Shown: one piece after another, positions 48,291 through 64,000 of the stretch | How positions within the stretch are numbered: the first letter of the stretch is position 1 | How the letters are laid out: every line of letters starts with the position of its first letter | Assembly: GCF_009914755.1 (NCBI RefSeq) | Contig: NC_060928.1 | Source of the DNA: the human T2T-CHM13v2.0 reference genome, Homo sapiens | DNA length: 64,000 bases | Strand: one strand, 5' to 3' | Notes under the pieces: generated by a model | What the model was told of the DNA's origin: nothing | The model's input: the letters and a program-made list of their open reading frames with translations, nothing else | Database searches by the model: none | Program-made: the position numbers and the translations under genes

Positions 48291-49436
48291 TGCTTTTAAT
48301 TCTTTATTGTCCATCTCACCCTACTCTGTGAGAGGACTTGGTCAGTCTTCTTCATAAATACATTATATCCACAGAGCCTACAACTAGGTTTGGCACATAG
48401 TAGGAGCTCAATTGTTGAGTGACTGAGTAAACTGAATGAATAAAATCCCCTTCCAAGCCCCTTGTGCATTCCTCCTGCTTTTAGTCCCTTCTTAATTCCC
48501 TTCTTAAATTCCCTTTATGAACCTTCGTTCTCTTGCTAATACCCTTAATTTCTTTCCTCCAGTCTCCAATCATTGCATTCACCTCACAAAAGTACAATGT
48601 TGGATGAATCCAGCTATATGCTTTCTCTGTGCTGAGAACGGAGCAGCTCAAAGTGGCTGGAAAAAGTTACAGAATTGGTTGATTGGTTTCACATTAAATT
48701 TATGACCAAAAACTTTGGATGGGCTCTCCCTCATGTACAGCAATTCTGCTATACTTCTTGCGTAACTTGATTTTCCACTTTCCAAGATGATATTTCTTGT
48801 CTTTCCCTCTCTTCTCAAACCCCTTTCTTTCCATTCTTGCTTAATACCTCTTTGGAAAAACAGAAACATCGGAGCAGAAGCTAGTCATTGCCACACCATC
48901 AAATCTACAAACCTAGCTGAAATCATTCAATCCTCTCTGCCTTCCCTGTTGTTGCAATGAGAGATAAGACTGGTTGTATCAAACAGCAATTCCCTCCATA
49001 TGCACAGTGGATCTCATCTCCTTTCATCTCCCCAAAGGCTGCTCCTTCAACGGTCTCCTGTCACTCCCTTCCCCACTGTGACCATTCCCATCAATCACAA
49101 GCATGCTCTGCAGTCATATCTTCTCATTTTTGTTTGTTTATTTTTAAAAGATACTTCCTTAATCCTACATCTCCCATTAGCTATGGTCCTACTTGCTTCC
49201 CTTCATAGCAAATTCCTTTAAAACAGCCATCTTCACTCACTTTCTCTACTTCCTCACCTCCAATTCATTCTTCAATGCCCTAAGATGTGGTCTTTGTCTC
49301 ACTATTTCACAGAATCTGCCAAAACAGTCACAGCTCAGCCTCCGTCTTACTCTTGTTCTTAGTAACATTTAAAGAAGGTAACTATTCTTGAATTACTGTC
49401 TTCTCTTAGCTTCCATGACATCACTGGTAGGTGGCT

Positions 49437-49904
49437 TTTGATGGTTAAATTTAGGTGTCAACTTGACTAAATGAAGAGATGTCCAAAGAGTTGGCAAAAC
49501 ATTATTTCTGGGTATGTCTGTGAGGGTGTTCTGGAAGAGGCTGGTATTTGAATCAATGGGCTGAGTAAGGAAGATCCACTCTCACCAAATGTTGCAGGCA
49601 CCATCCAATTGGCTGAGGACATATAGAGAACAAAAAGGCAGAGGAAAGGTGAATTTGATGTCTCTCCTAGAGCTGGGGCACCCATCTTCCCCTGCTCTTG
49701 GACATTAAAACTCCAGGTTCTGCAGCCTTTGGACTTTGGACTTGCACCATCAGCTTCCCAGCCACTCAAGACTTCGGATTTAGACTGAGCCATGCTACCA
49801 GCTTCCCTGATTCACCAGAGCTTGCAAACAGCATATTATAGAGCTCTTCAGCCTCCAAAATCATGTGAGCCAAACCCCATAATAAATCACCTCTCTCTTT
49901 ACAC

Positions 49905-49948
<44 letters not shown>

Positions 49949-49985
49949 CCTATTGGTTTTCTCTGGAAAACCTTGAACATATACA
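49437..49985 (+). mobile_element. MLT2 (C/D-like) ERVL solo LTR with (CA)n microsatellite
   Basis: TGATGGTTAA.TTTAGGTGTCAACTTGACT...ATTATTTCTGGGTATGTCTGTGAGGGTGTT...CCTATTGGTT. (CA)n at about 49901-49946. Confidence 0.85.
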
Positions 49986-50121
49986 GGAGGAAAACATTTT
50001 CCTACTCACCCAGACCAACTCCATACAGTTGGCTGCTGCTCCTCCTCTATACAACAAAGTTACAGTTACATATCTATTGGTTATTGGTTTATTTTCTGAA
50101 TCCTCTACTAAAGAGAAGTCT

Positions 50122-50315
50122 AAGCCTGGGCAACCTAGTGAGACTCTGTCTCTACAAAAACAACAAAATAAAATTAGGCAGGCATGGTGGCACATTCCTG
50201 TGGTCCTAGATACTCAGGAGGCTGAGGCAGGAGGACCTATTGAGCCCAAGAGGTCCAGCCTGCAGTGAGCTGTGATCACACCACTGCACTCCAGCCAGGG
50301 TGACAGAGCAAGACA
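50122..50315 (+). mobile_element. 5'-truncated AluJ whose tail seeds the purine tract
   Basis: AGCCTGGGCAAC..AGTGAGAC, TTGAGCCCAAGAGGTC, GCAGTGAGCTGTGATCAC. Confidence 0.85.
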
Positions 50316-50657
50316 GAAGAAAGAAGAAAGAAGAAGAAAGAAGGAAGAAGAGGAGGAGGAGGAGGAAGAAGAAGAAGAAGAAGTAGTAGAAGTAGTAGTA
50401 GAGAGAAGGAACAAGAGGAGGAGGAAGAAGAAGAAGAGGAGGAGGAGGAAGAGGAAGAGGAAGAAGAACAGGAGGAAGAGGAAGAGGAAGAAGAGGAGGA
50501 GGAGGAAGAAGAAGAGGAAGAAGTGGAGGAGGAAGAGGAAGAGGAAGAAGAACAGGAGGAAGAGGAAGAGGAAGAAGAGGAGGAGGAGGAAGAAGAAGAG
50601 GAAGAAGTGGAGGAGGAAGAGGAAGAGGAAGAAGAACAGGAGGAAGAGGAAGAGGAA

Positions 50658-50695
<38 letters not shown>

Positions 50696-50927
50696 GGAAG
50701 AAGAGAAGAGGAAGAAGAGGAGGAGGAGGAGGAAGACAAAGAAGAAGAAGTAGTAGAAGTAGTAGTAGAGGGAAGAGGGAAGAAGAGGAGGAGGAAGAAG
50801 AAGAGGAGGAGGAGGAAGAGGAAGAAGAAGAGGAGGAAGAGGAAGAGGAAGAAGAGGAGGAGGAGGAAGAAGAGGAAGAAGAGGAGGAAGAGGAGGAGGA
50901 GGAAGAAGAAGAAAAAAGAAGAAGAAG
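50316..50927. repeat. About 610-bp (GAA/GAG)-rich purine tract with an 84-bp higher-order period
   Basis: Almost exclusively A/G. AACAGG landmarks at 50467/50551/50635 and AAGTGG at 50521/50605. Confidence 0.95.
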
Positions 50928-51079
50928 GCGGCAAATAATACATGTCTCCTTTTACTACTGTGATCACAATTCCATAGAGAATTGCCTGGTATAGCAGGAA
51001 CTCAATAAATGTGTGTTGAATAAATGAATGAAGGAAGTCGGAGTGACTCAAGAGTTGATACAGAGAAGCCTTCTTTTCC

Positions 51080-52152
51080 CAAATGATATGAAATCATTCA
51101 CCTTCATGGCTTTTAAATACTACCAATATATAATGTTGCCCAAATTTGTGTCTCTGTCTCTGATGTTTCTCCTGAGCTCATATTACTTACATCTAATTGC
51201 CTAATTGGCAACTCTACACTTAGTATGTTCAAACTTGAGCTTATAAATTATCAGCAAAAAAATTCTGTCAGTCTGAGGTTGCAGTGAGCCAAGATCATGC
51301 CATTGCACTCCAGCCTGGATGACAGGGTGAGACTCCGTCTCAAAAAAAAAAGAAAAAAAAAAACTGTCAGTCTTTGAGTCTTCCTTAAATTAGCAAATGT
51401 CACCTAGTTGCTCAGGACAATGTCTTAGGAATCTACCCTGATTCCTCCCTTTCCCATACCTCTTGCATTCAACCCGCCAAGTGCAGTCAGTACTATCTCC
51501 AAAATAAACTGAAATCGGTCTACTCTTCCCTATGTGCACAGTCACCCCAATCATAACCATCATTGTTCACCTAAATTATTTCAAACATCTTGCCTTCTAC
51601 AAGCTTTGTACATGTAAATCAGACGATGTCACTTCTCTACCCTAAATCTTCCAATGATATATCATTATTCCGACAATAAAATCCAAATTCCTTACCATGA
51701 CCTACACAGTCCCAATGATCTAGCTCTTGCCTATGTCTCTAATCTCATAGCATTTCCCCTCTCCTCGTTATGCCCCAGCCACCATGGCCTTCTTTTCTGT
51801 TCTTCAAATACCCCAAGTCCCTTCCTGCCTTCCAGCATTTGCCCTTCTTATTCCTTCTCCCTGGAATGATTTTCCACACTGCTCTAGCATAGCTGTGCAT
51901 TCATTCTTATCTTTCAGCTCCCATGTCACTTCCTCAGAGAGGCCATCTTTAACAACCTTATCTAAAGTGGCTCCTCTAACTATGCTCTTTTCTTCTTAAC
52001 AGGCTTCATCTTCAACCACAGTACTTACTTTAATTTGTTATTGATTATCTACCACTCCAAGAAGTCTTTAAGGCTCATGAGAGGTAAACATATTTGATCA
52101 GTGTATTCTAGTATTCAGTGTATAGTTAATAAGTATTTTTTGAATGAACGAA
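51080..52152 (+). mobile_element. L2 3' region
   Basis: TCTCCTGAGCTC, AATAAAATCCAAATTCCTTACCATG, ATGTCACTTCCTCAGAGAGGCC and a terminal TGAATGAA. Confidence 0.75.
51275..51363 (+). mobile_element. Severely 5'-truncated Alu (about 90 bp) inside an L2
   Basis: GAGGTTGCAGTGAGCC...CTCCGTCTC plus poly(A). TSD CTGTCAGTCT at 51265-51274 / 51364-51373. Confidence 0.88.
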
Positions 52153-53015
52153 TAAAACTGTCAACTTCACATTTCCCTTCCTTTTAGCATTAATTTCCAA
52201 CCATTAGAGAATTTTGGTGGACTCTGTGATATTGGGAACAAGATAATAACACATTTTCCTATTTCTGATGGATGAGGATACACATAAAAGAAGCTACATT
52301 ATGACAGGGAGGAACTGCATTTGGTGTGCTGGGGTCAAACTCACAACAGTTGATTTGGTCAGATTTGGTGATCTGGAGAGCAGAAGACAGAGAGCAATAC
52401 TGATATGATTACAAATTGAAGTAGCAAAGGCCCATGGCTGAGGCATCTTATAGGAAAGCGCATGTAGAACAGTGCTACTTTGCACATAACCAGGGTCCAA
52501 TACATATGACTGGCAGATTACAGATCACTCTTTACAACCCCATAGAAGTCTCTTCTGCAATTCATCTATATCTCAAAATGAATCTCAATTTGATTGACAG
52601 AAAAAAGTAGATTTTCTTAAAACTCGAAAGAAATATAATGTTATCTTTACATTAATGAAAGGAATAAATTGAATTTTAAAATAGCACTTTCTAGATCTTC
52701 ACTATATATTTTTGGAAAAACTCTGTAATTTTCTGGCTTGGCCCAGGGAAGTAGAAATGGGAAGATGAGAAGTAGTGAAATTCTACATAGAATTTTGAAC
52801 TAATTATAATTACTTTATGAACTGCAACAATAATATTCACAGGTAGAACCTTATGAATTATATACCTTATGAAACACAATTATAATTTTGATTGTGTTTA
52901 AGTCTATTAAAAATTGCCCTACAGAAAATGGCAACCAGTCATTTCCATGTAAAGAAACTTAATGAAAATGAATTGCAGCAGGGGTGGTCAAATTAAATCA
53001 AACTTTATTGTCAAG

Positions 53016-53599
53016 TGCTATGGTTTGAGTATTTGTCCTCTCCAAAAGTCGTGTTGAAATTTAAGCCCCAAAGTGGCAGTGTTGAGAGGCCCTTTAAGCA
53101 GTGATTGGGTTTTAAGAGCTCTGCCCTCAAGAATAGATTAATTCATTTGTGGATTAATAGATTAATGGGTTAATGAATTAATGGGTTATTATGGGAGCAG
53201 GATTAATGGCTTTTGCGTCCTCTCTTGCCATGTGACCTCTGCACATGCCAGCTCCCCTTCCCCTTTCCACCATGAGTGGAAGCAGCCTGACGCCCTTGCC
53301 AGAAGCAGATGCTGGTGCTATGCTTCTTGTACAGCCTGCAGAACTGTGGGCCAAAGAAACCTCTTATCTTTATAAATTAAAAAAAAGAAGAAGAAGAGGA
53401 AGAGAGATTTGAACTAGCACACTTAGCCCCCTAACTATGTGATGCCCTGTACCACCTAGAGCAAGAAGGCCCTCACCAGATATAGCACCTTGAGCTTGGA
53501 CTTCTCAGCCTTCAAAACTACAAAGAATAAATTACTTTTCTTTATAAATTATTCCATTTCAGGTATTCTGTTACAAGCAAGGGAAGATGAACAAAGACA
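53016..53599 (+). mobile_element. MSTC/D-like MaLR solo LTR containing an inserted MSTB-like fragment
   Basis: TG...CA termini and a perfect 5-bp TSD TCAAG at 53011-53015 / 53600-53604. Insert at about 53214-53386. Confidence 0.85.
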
Positions 53600-54440
53600 T
53601 CAAGCATCATTAAGCTCTAAAGTTTGGACTCCCAGTCTTAATATTATTATAATCCAATATAGAGTTTTCCTTCAGCTCCTATATCACCTCTTTGGAGAAG
53701 CTCCATCTAACAACTTTATCAAAAAAAGCTTTCCCTAGTTATGTTTTTCAACCTGCTTTACTTCTGTCACAGTACTTATTGAGTTGAGATTCGTTTAGGT
53801 GTCCATGTGTTGCTCTGATCTATTCCTAATATCTGTGCTTTCCTTCGATCATCTAACCCACCATGCTTTCTCATTTAACAGTCTTGACTTAGAGAGGCTC
53901 TACTTTTTATTTATTTGCACAGAGGTTTAAATAATTATCCACTACCATATGCAAGTGTGCAAGTGTCTGACTCAGGGCCTTTGTACTTGCTGTTCCTTCT
54001 GCTTAGACTGCTCTTCCTCCAAAAAGTTTGTATGGCTTGCTCCACCATGTCATTTAGATCTGCACTCAAATGCTACCTAGCCTAGGGGCCTTCCTTCACT
54101 TCTCTATATAAAAAAGCTCCCCAGCTCATACACAGTACCATTAATTTCAAGAGTGTATCATAGTTTAATTTTTTTTTTCAGAATCTATCATCAGATGACA
54201 TAGTAACTTCCTTAATTGTTTATTGTCTGTGCCACCCCACTAAAAGGTAAAGATGAGAACAGGTATTATTTTTAAAATTCACTGCTATTTTTAAAGCTCA
54301 TAGAATACCAGCTGGCTAATAGGCATTCAATAAATGGTTGAATAACTGAATAGACTGACGAGTCAAAAACAACCTCTTCTGACTCCTCTACTTCAGTTTA
54401 TCCTACACATGGATGCCAAATTAATTTTTTCTACTTTATT

Positions 54441-54824
54441 ACTCTTAGTCTGTTTTGTGTTGCTATAAAGGAATACCTGAAGCTGGGTAATTTATAAAGA
54501 AAAAAGATTTATTTGGCTCATTCTGGAAAGTTAAGTTTGGGCATCTGCATATGGTGAGTGCCTCGTGAAGGAAGGCAAAAGGGAGCCAACCTGTGTAGAG
54601 ATCATATGGCAAGGGGGAGGTGCCAGGCTCTTTTTAATAACCAGCTCTTGCAGAAACTAATACAGGGAGAACTCACTCACTTCCAAGGGAGGGCATTAAT
54701 CTATTCACGAGGAATCCACCCCCATGACCCAAACACCCCCCATTAGGTCCCACCTCCAACGCTGAGGACCAAGTATCCACATGAGATTTTGTGGAGACAA
54801 ACAAACCACATCCAAACCATAGCC
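54441..54824 (-). mobile_element. MST (B/C-like) MaLR solo LTR
   Basis: TCTTAGTCTGTTTTGTGTTGCTATAAAGGAATACCTGA...CCCATGACCCAAACACC...ATCCAAACCATAGC. Confidence 0.85.
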
Positions 54825-55599
54825 AACTCTAATTCAAGTTACTCCTTTCCTGGAAACTTTTAATTACTGCTGCCCATCATCAAATTTAAATTCTTATTCC
54901 TGCCATCCAATACCTTTCAACCCACCCTTCTTGTCATATCTACCCTACATGAACATTATAATTGCGGTCACTTGTTGCTTGCCCTAATTACTTATGTGCT
55001 TATCCCATTTTCCATCCTTGACCTCAGATGCTTAAAGGACTTTTCAATCTTTTTTCTCTTTATGGTGCTGAAGTAGACAATTAATATTTTTCCACATCCA
55101 ACACTCATTTTCCCTTCTTTGGAGGAAGATGTATTTTTAAGAAACCACTCTTCTCCTATTGGATACAGTGTTTCAATAAAGGTGTATCTCTGATGAACAG
55201 CTGGACATGTCTTCCAAGAGCTTCCAAATATCAATCAGATACCCATTCACTATAATTTTGACCAGAAATGAGAAGACTCAAAAACTGAGAATAGCTAAAG
55301 CCGACTCTCCCAGTGGCAGTCTGTTGAAGACACTGTTCAGCTCTCACACTGCCTGCTGCCCAGAACCTTACAGCTGTCTTGGTAAGTGTCCTCTGGGAAG
55401 TCTGGTTTGTAGAAATTCCTTTCCTTTCCTTTTCTTTTGTCAAATTTTACCCAGAGTTGGTTTTTGTTGTTTTCAACTAAAGAAAGTACTTTGAGTTACA
55501 CAAATATTTATTATAGTGTCTTTCATATTGTGGGCACTCGAGAAAATTTTGAATTGAAATCGTGCAGCATTGATGGTAATGATAATCAAACTAATAAAC

Positions 55600-55850
55600 A
55601 ACACTGGCTATCACTTATATAGTAGTTAACTATGTGCACGGTTTTCTTCTAAGTGCTTATTACACATTTACTCATTTGATCTTCACAACAACCCTATGAA
55701 ATATGTGCTTTATTATCCAAATTTCATATGTAAGGAAAGTGAGGTACAGAGAGTATGAGTAACTTGTCTAAGGTCCTACATTTAGTAAGTGGCAACACTG
55801 GAATTTGAAGCCAGGCTATCTGTCTCCAAAACCTGCTCTCACCTGCACAG
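55600..55850 (-). mobile_element. MIR
   Basis: CTCATTTGATCTTCACAACAACCCTATGA...GTAACTTGTCTAAGGTC...GGAATTTGAAGCCAGG. Confidence 0.75.
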
Positions 55851-56897
55851 AATACTGCCTCTCCTGAAGAGTCCTTCCTATTTAATGAGATCAGGAAACA
55901 ATGCAAGTTAGGTAAGTCCCAAAGTAAACTAAAGCAGGGAATCGTAACAAATAATCTTTTGTGTACAGTCTTTCTTGTACAAGCCACAGTCAAAATGCAT
56001 CACCTATATATTGGAGTGAAAATACACGGAGTGAAAATATGAAGCCTTTAATCATTATCAGGTCTTTCCTAAGTATTCAACTAAGCTTTGTGGCAGTGGC
56101 AACGCTTTGTGTACACCATATCATTTCCTCATCTTCTCCCTCTGGGCATCAGGGAAACCATTTTCAGCCTCTCTTCCAGTTAGATTGGGAGCCACATGAC
56201 AAGCCAATTCTAGGCCTGGCCATAAAAATATTCCAAATTATTTTCATCCTCCTCTTTCTCTGATAAGGCAAACTTTGATGGTAGCTGGTCTAATATGAGG
56301 AGGGCTCCTCAACCCACTGTACTGCAAAGTGAATGAGAAATACATTTTGATTGTCTTAAGCCACCAAGGTTTTATAATCTTTTACAGAACCTTCCATTAA
56401 CTACTCTGACACTATTTTCCCATAAATAGCTATATTGTTGTATTCACACTACATTTGTTTAACTAAATTATATAAGTACCATAAAAAAACAATAACTGGC
56501 ATAAACAGGTTTGGAAACAAACATCCTGGTTAGCATACAGTAAACCTGGTATTGAGCAGATGTATAAGACAGTCACCTATTAGTCACAAGTATTCAGGGT
56601 TGCCATGTACAGCAGTCAGCATGTCTTAAAAAGGAATGCACAGAATTGATTCACCTGGTAAATTAGGTAGTTGGAAGTCTGTGAAGCAAACTTTTATTGA
56701 ATGCACTAGAGATGTGAACAATTATTAATGCTCAGAATAGTTACTATGACTTTCTTGAAGGAAATTTAAGTTAACTTTCACTTAGATAAATGTGTTGTAA
56801 TTTAATGGATGTTTTGAGTAAATATAAAGAACTAGAATAAGTGTTTTAGAAGATACAAGAATGTATGAGTTGATTCACAACTTTAAGAGAAATGCCA

Positions 56898-57931
56898 GAG
56901 GGCAGCCAAGATGGCCGAATAGGAACAGCTCCAGTGTACAGCTCCCAGCATGAGCGACGCAGAAGACGGGTGATTTCTGCATTTCCATCTGAGGTACCGG
57001 GTTCATCTCACTAGGGAGTGCCAGACAGTGGGCGCAGGACAGTGGGTGCAGCACACCATGCGCGAGCTGAAGCAGGGCAAGGCATTGCCTCACTCAGGAA
57101 GCGCAAAGGGTCAGGGAGTTCCCTTTCCTAGTCAAAGAAAGGGGTGACAGATGGCACCTGGAAAATCGGGTCACTCCCACCCTAATACTGCGCTTTTCCG
57201 ACGGGCTTAAAAAATGGCGCACCAGGAGATTATATCGCGCACATGGTTCGGAGGGTTCTACGCCCACAGAGTCTCGCTGATTGCTAGCGCAGCAGTCTGA
57301 GATCAAACTGCAAGGCGGCAGCGAGGCTGGGGGATGGGCGCCCGCCATTGCCCAGGTTTGCTTAGGTAAACAAAGCAGCCGGAAAGCTCGAACTGGGTGG
57401 AGGCCACCACAGCTCAAGGAGGCCTGCCTGCCTCTGTAGGCTCCACCTCTGGGGGCAGGGCACAGACAAACAAAAAGACAGCAGTAACCTCTGCAGACTT
57501 AAATGTCCCTGTCTGACAGCTTTGAAGAGAGCAGTGGTTCTCCCAGCACGCAGCTGGAGATCTGAGAACGGGCAGACTGCCTCCTCAAGTGGACCCCTGA
57601 CCCCTGACCCCCGAGCAGCCTAACTGGGAGGCACCCCATAGTAGGGGCAAACTGACACCTCACACGGCCGGGTACTCCTCTGAGACAAAACTTTCAGAGG
57701 AACGATCAGACAGCAGCATTCGCGGTTCACGAAAATCCGCTGTTCTGCAGCCACCGCTGCTGATACCCAGGCAAACAGGGTCTGGAGTGGACCTCTAGCA
57801 AACTCCAACAGACCTGCAGCTGAGGGTCCTGTCTGTTAGAAGGAAAACTAATAAACAGAAAGGACATCCACACCAAAAACCCATCTGTACATCGCCATCA
57901 TCAAAGACCAAAAGTAGATAAAACCACAAAG
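56898..57931. promoter_or_regulatory. L1 5'UTR: internal sense promoter with YY1 site and antisense promoter region
   Basis: Intact YY1 motif CAAGATGGCC near 56907-56916 and many retained CpGs. L1PA 5'UTRs are established bidirectional promoters, but activity of this copy is not shown. Confidence 0.65.
57094..57348 (-). CDS. L1 ORF0 (antisense primate L1 ORF), open for 84 codons
   Basis: MAGAHPPASLPPCSLISDCCASNQRDSVGV...IRVGVTRFSRC matches the known ORF0 N-terminus. ATG at 57348-57346. Expression unknown. Confidence 0.6.
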   Translation of the reverse strand: MAGAHPPASLPPCSLISDCCASNQRDSVGVEPSEPCARYNLLVRHFLSPSEKRSIRVGVTRFSRCHLSPLSLTRKGNSLTLCAS

Positions 57932-58948
57932 ATGGGGAAAAAACAGAGCAGAAAAACCGGAAACTCTAAAAAGCAGAGTGCCTCTCCTCCTCCAAAAGAA
58001 CGCAGTTCCTCACCAGCAACGGAACAAAGCTGGACGGAGAACAACTTTGACGAGTTGAGAGAAGAAGGCTTCAGATGATCAAACTACTCCGAGCTACAGG
58101 AGGAAATTCAAACCAAAGGGAAAGAAGTTAAAAACTTTGAAAAAAATTTAGACGAATGTATAACTAGAATAATCAATAGAGAGAAGTGCTTAAAGGAGCT
58201 GATGGAGCTGAAAGCCAAAGCTCGAGAACTACGTGAAGAATGTAGAAGCCTCAGGAGCCGATGCGATCAACTGGAAGAAAGGGTATCAGTGATGGAAGAT
58301 GAAATGAATGAAATGAAGCGAGAAGGGAAGTTTAGAGAAAAAAGAATAAAAAGAAATGAACAAAGCCCCCAAGAAATATGGGACTATGTGAAAAGACCAA
58401 ATCTACGTCTGATTGGTGTACCTGAAAGTGACGGGGAGAATGGAACCAAGTTGGAAACCACTCTGCAGGATATTATCCAGGAGAACTTCCCCAATCTAGC
58501 AAGGCAGGCCAACATTCAGATTCAGGAAATACAGAGAACGCCACAAAGATACTCCTCGAGAAGAGCAACTCCAAGACACATAATTGTCAGATTCACCAAA
58601 GTTGAAATGAAGGAAAAAATGTTAAGGGCAGCCAGAGAGAAAGGTCGGGTTACCCACAAAGGGAAGCCTATCAGACTAACAGCGGATCTCTCGGCAGAAA
58701 CTCTACCAGCCAGAAGAGAGTGAGGGCCAATATTCAACATTCTTAAAGAAAAGAATTTTCAACCCAGAATTTCATATCCAGCCAAACTAATCTTCATAAG
58801 TGAAGGAGAAATAAAATCCTTTACAGACAAGCAAATGTTGAGAGATTTTGTCACCACCAGGCCTACCATAAAAGAGCTCCTGAAGGAAGCACTAAACATG
58901 GAAAGGAACAACTGGTACCAGCCGCTGCAAAATCATGCCAAAATGTAA
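57932..58948 (+). pseudogene. L1 ORF1p, disrupted
   Basis: In-frame TGA stops at about 58076 and 58721, with a 173-aa open segment between them. Confidence 0.93.
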
Positions 58949-59011
58949 AGACCTTCGAGACTAGGAAGAAACTGCATCAACTAACGAGCAAAATAATCAG
59001 CTAACATCACA

Positions 59012-62838
<3,827 letters not shown>

Positions 62839-63276
62839 ACAATGAGAACACATGGACACAGGAAGGGGAACATCACACTCTGGGGACTGTTGTGGGGTGG
62901 GGGGAGGGGGGAGGTATATCTCCTAATGCTAAATGACGAGTTAATGGGTGCAGCACACCAGCATGGCACATGTATACATATGTAACTAACCTGCACATTG
63001 TGCACATGTACCCTAAAACTTAAAGTATAATAATAATAAAATAAAAAATAAATAAAAATAAAAAAAGAGAAATGCCAATGTATAAGTAAATATGAGATAT
63101 TGTTCTCACCCTAGAAAAATTTACAATGCAACGTGAGAGGAAAAAAAACCCCAACTTATCCAAGGCAGAATGTTCTAACAGAAGGAGAAAGAAAGTGCCA
63201 CAAGACAAGAAAGGAGATGAGGATTAACTGTACCTGGAGGATGGGGAGGGCTTCGTGGAGGGGGTAGTATTTGAGA

Positions 63277-63610
63277 TGTCTCAGTTGGACCCGCACCAAC
63301 TTAACCAGAAGCAGAACTTGCTGCGAGGATTGAGAGCAAGTAGTTTATGCGGGTGGTTCTGCGGTGGAATGGGGGTGATAAGAGAGGGAGGAAGGGAGCC
63401 AACAAGAAATGTCACTCTTAAGCTCCCACAGTGGTTCTGAAGCTTAAATTTAGGGGAGAGCTCGGGCAACAGTGTAAAATACACACCCCAGAATAATTCC
63501 AATCGAGGAGTAAAGCAGCTGGAAATTTACACCCCCACAGTTTTCAGCCATGGGTAAGGCTTACCCCCCATCCCTGGAAGGATGTTCATTTCTAGGCACT
63601 TCCAGCCCAC
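63277..63610 (-). mobile_element. LTR16-like ERVL LTR fragment
   Basis: CAGAAGCAGA...GGATT...GCAAGTAGTTTAT...GGAAGGGAGCCAA...GCAGCTGG...GGCACTTCCAGCC motifs. Boundaries approximate. Confidence 0.5.
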
Positions 63611-64000
63611 AGAAGTATAACTTTCATCCTGAGGAGATCAACTGAAGAAAATATCAGAAATTCAGTTTTATAGAAAACATAAGTGATCTTTAAAAACCTC
63701 AAATATTCGCTTGCCATTTACTGAGTGCCTCCTATTTGCCAAATATACACAGTATAATGATTTAAAGTAGTCAGCTTCTTTAACAAACAGTTCCAAAGTT
63801 TTGCCATCTCACTGGAAACAGTTTAAAGGATACATAGCATAGTGGCGTCTTCATAAGCAAAAGCAATTTAGTCTGTCTTCTGTTAATTATTCCTTATAAT
63901 AGGAAAGAATGTAATATCTGGCAATGTGTTACATCTAATGATTCATGAGAAGACATGACTTTCTAGTGTTTACCTATAATCGCTCTATAAAACAAAATGT

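Noticed and set aside
50206-51051. 240-aa K/R/E-rich ORF (+) and 281-aa L/P/F-rich ORF (-)
   Set aside because: They are open only because the GAA/GAG tract lacks stops. The + ORF starts in an Alu at a non-ATG codon, and there is no domain or splice support.

Overview
Primate (human-like) genomic DNA, mostly interspersed repeats, that reads as the inside of a large minus-strand gene. I found one convincing host exon: 84 nt at 43722-43805 (-), phase 0/0, encoding [29 protein letters not shown] do not recognise the gene. The rest is four long LINE-1s (L1PA5/6-like 7506-13652, L1PB1-like 17437-24665, L1PA11-13-like 37037-42134, L1PA3-like 56898-63064), shorter L1 pieces, about 20 Alus, solo LTRs (MER21, MLT1, MLT2, MST, LTR16-like), DNA transposons (MER58A, MER82), L2/MIR fragments and a ~610-bp purine-rich tract. 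All L1 ORF1/ORF2 frames are broken, and nearly all ORFs in the supplied track are repeat-derived. I found no new multi-gene system. The best leads are retrotransposon-level events: (1) the two full-length L1PA copies share private variants, including an identical frameshift, suggesting gene conversion over 49.4 kb; (2) one L1 has two nested direct-repeat pairs, suggesting 5' plus 3' transduction; (3) an intact ORF0 and antisense promoter point at the host exon; (4) a poly(A)-tailed LTR fragment sits inside another LTR; (5) there is a micro-inversion and a hairpin-templated triplication inside L1s. Subfamily calls come from remembered consensus diagnostics and need RepeatMasker/Dfam confirmation.
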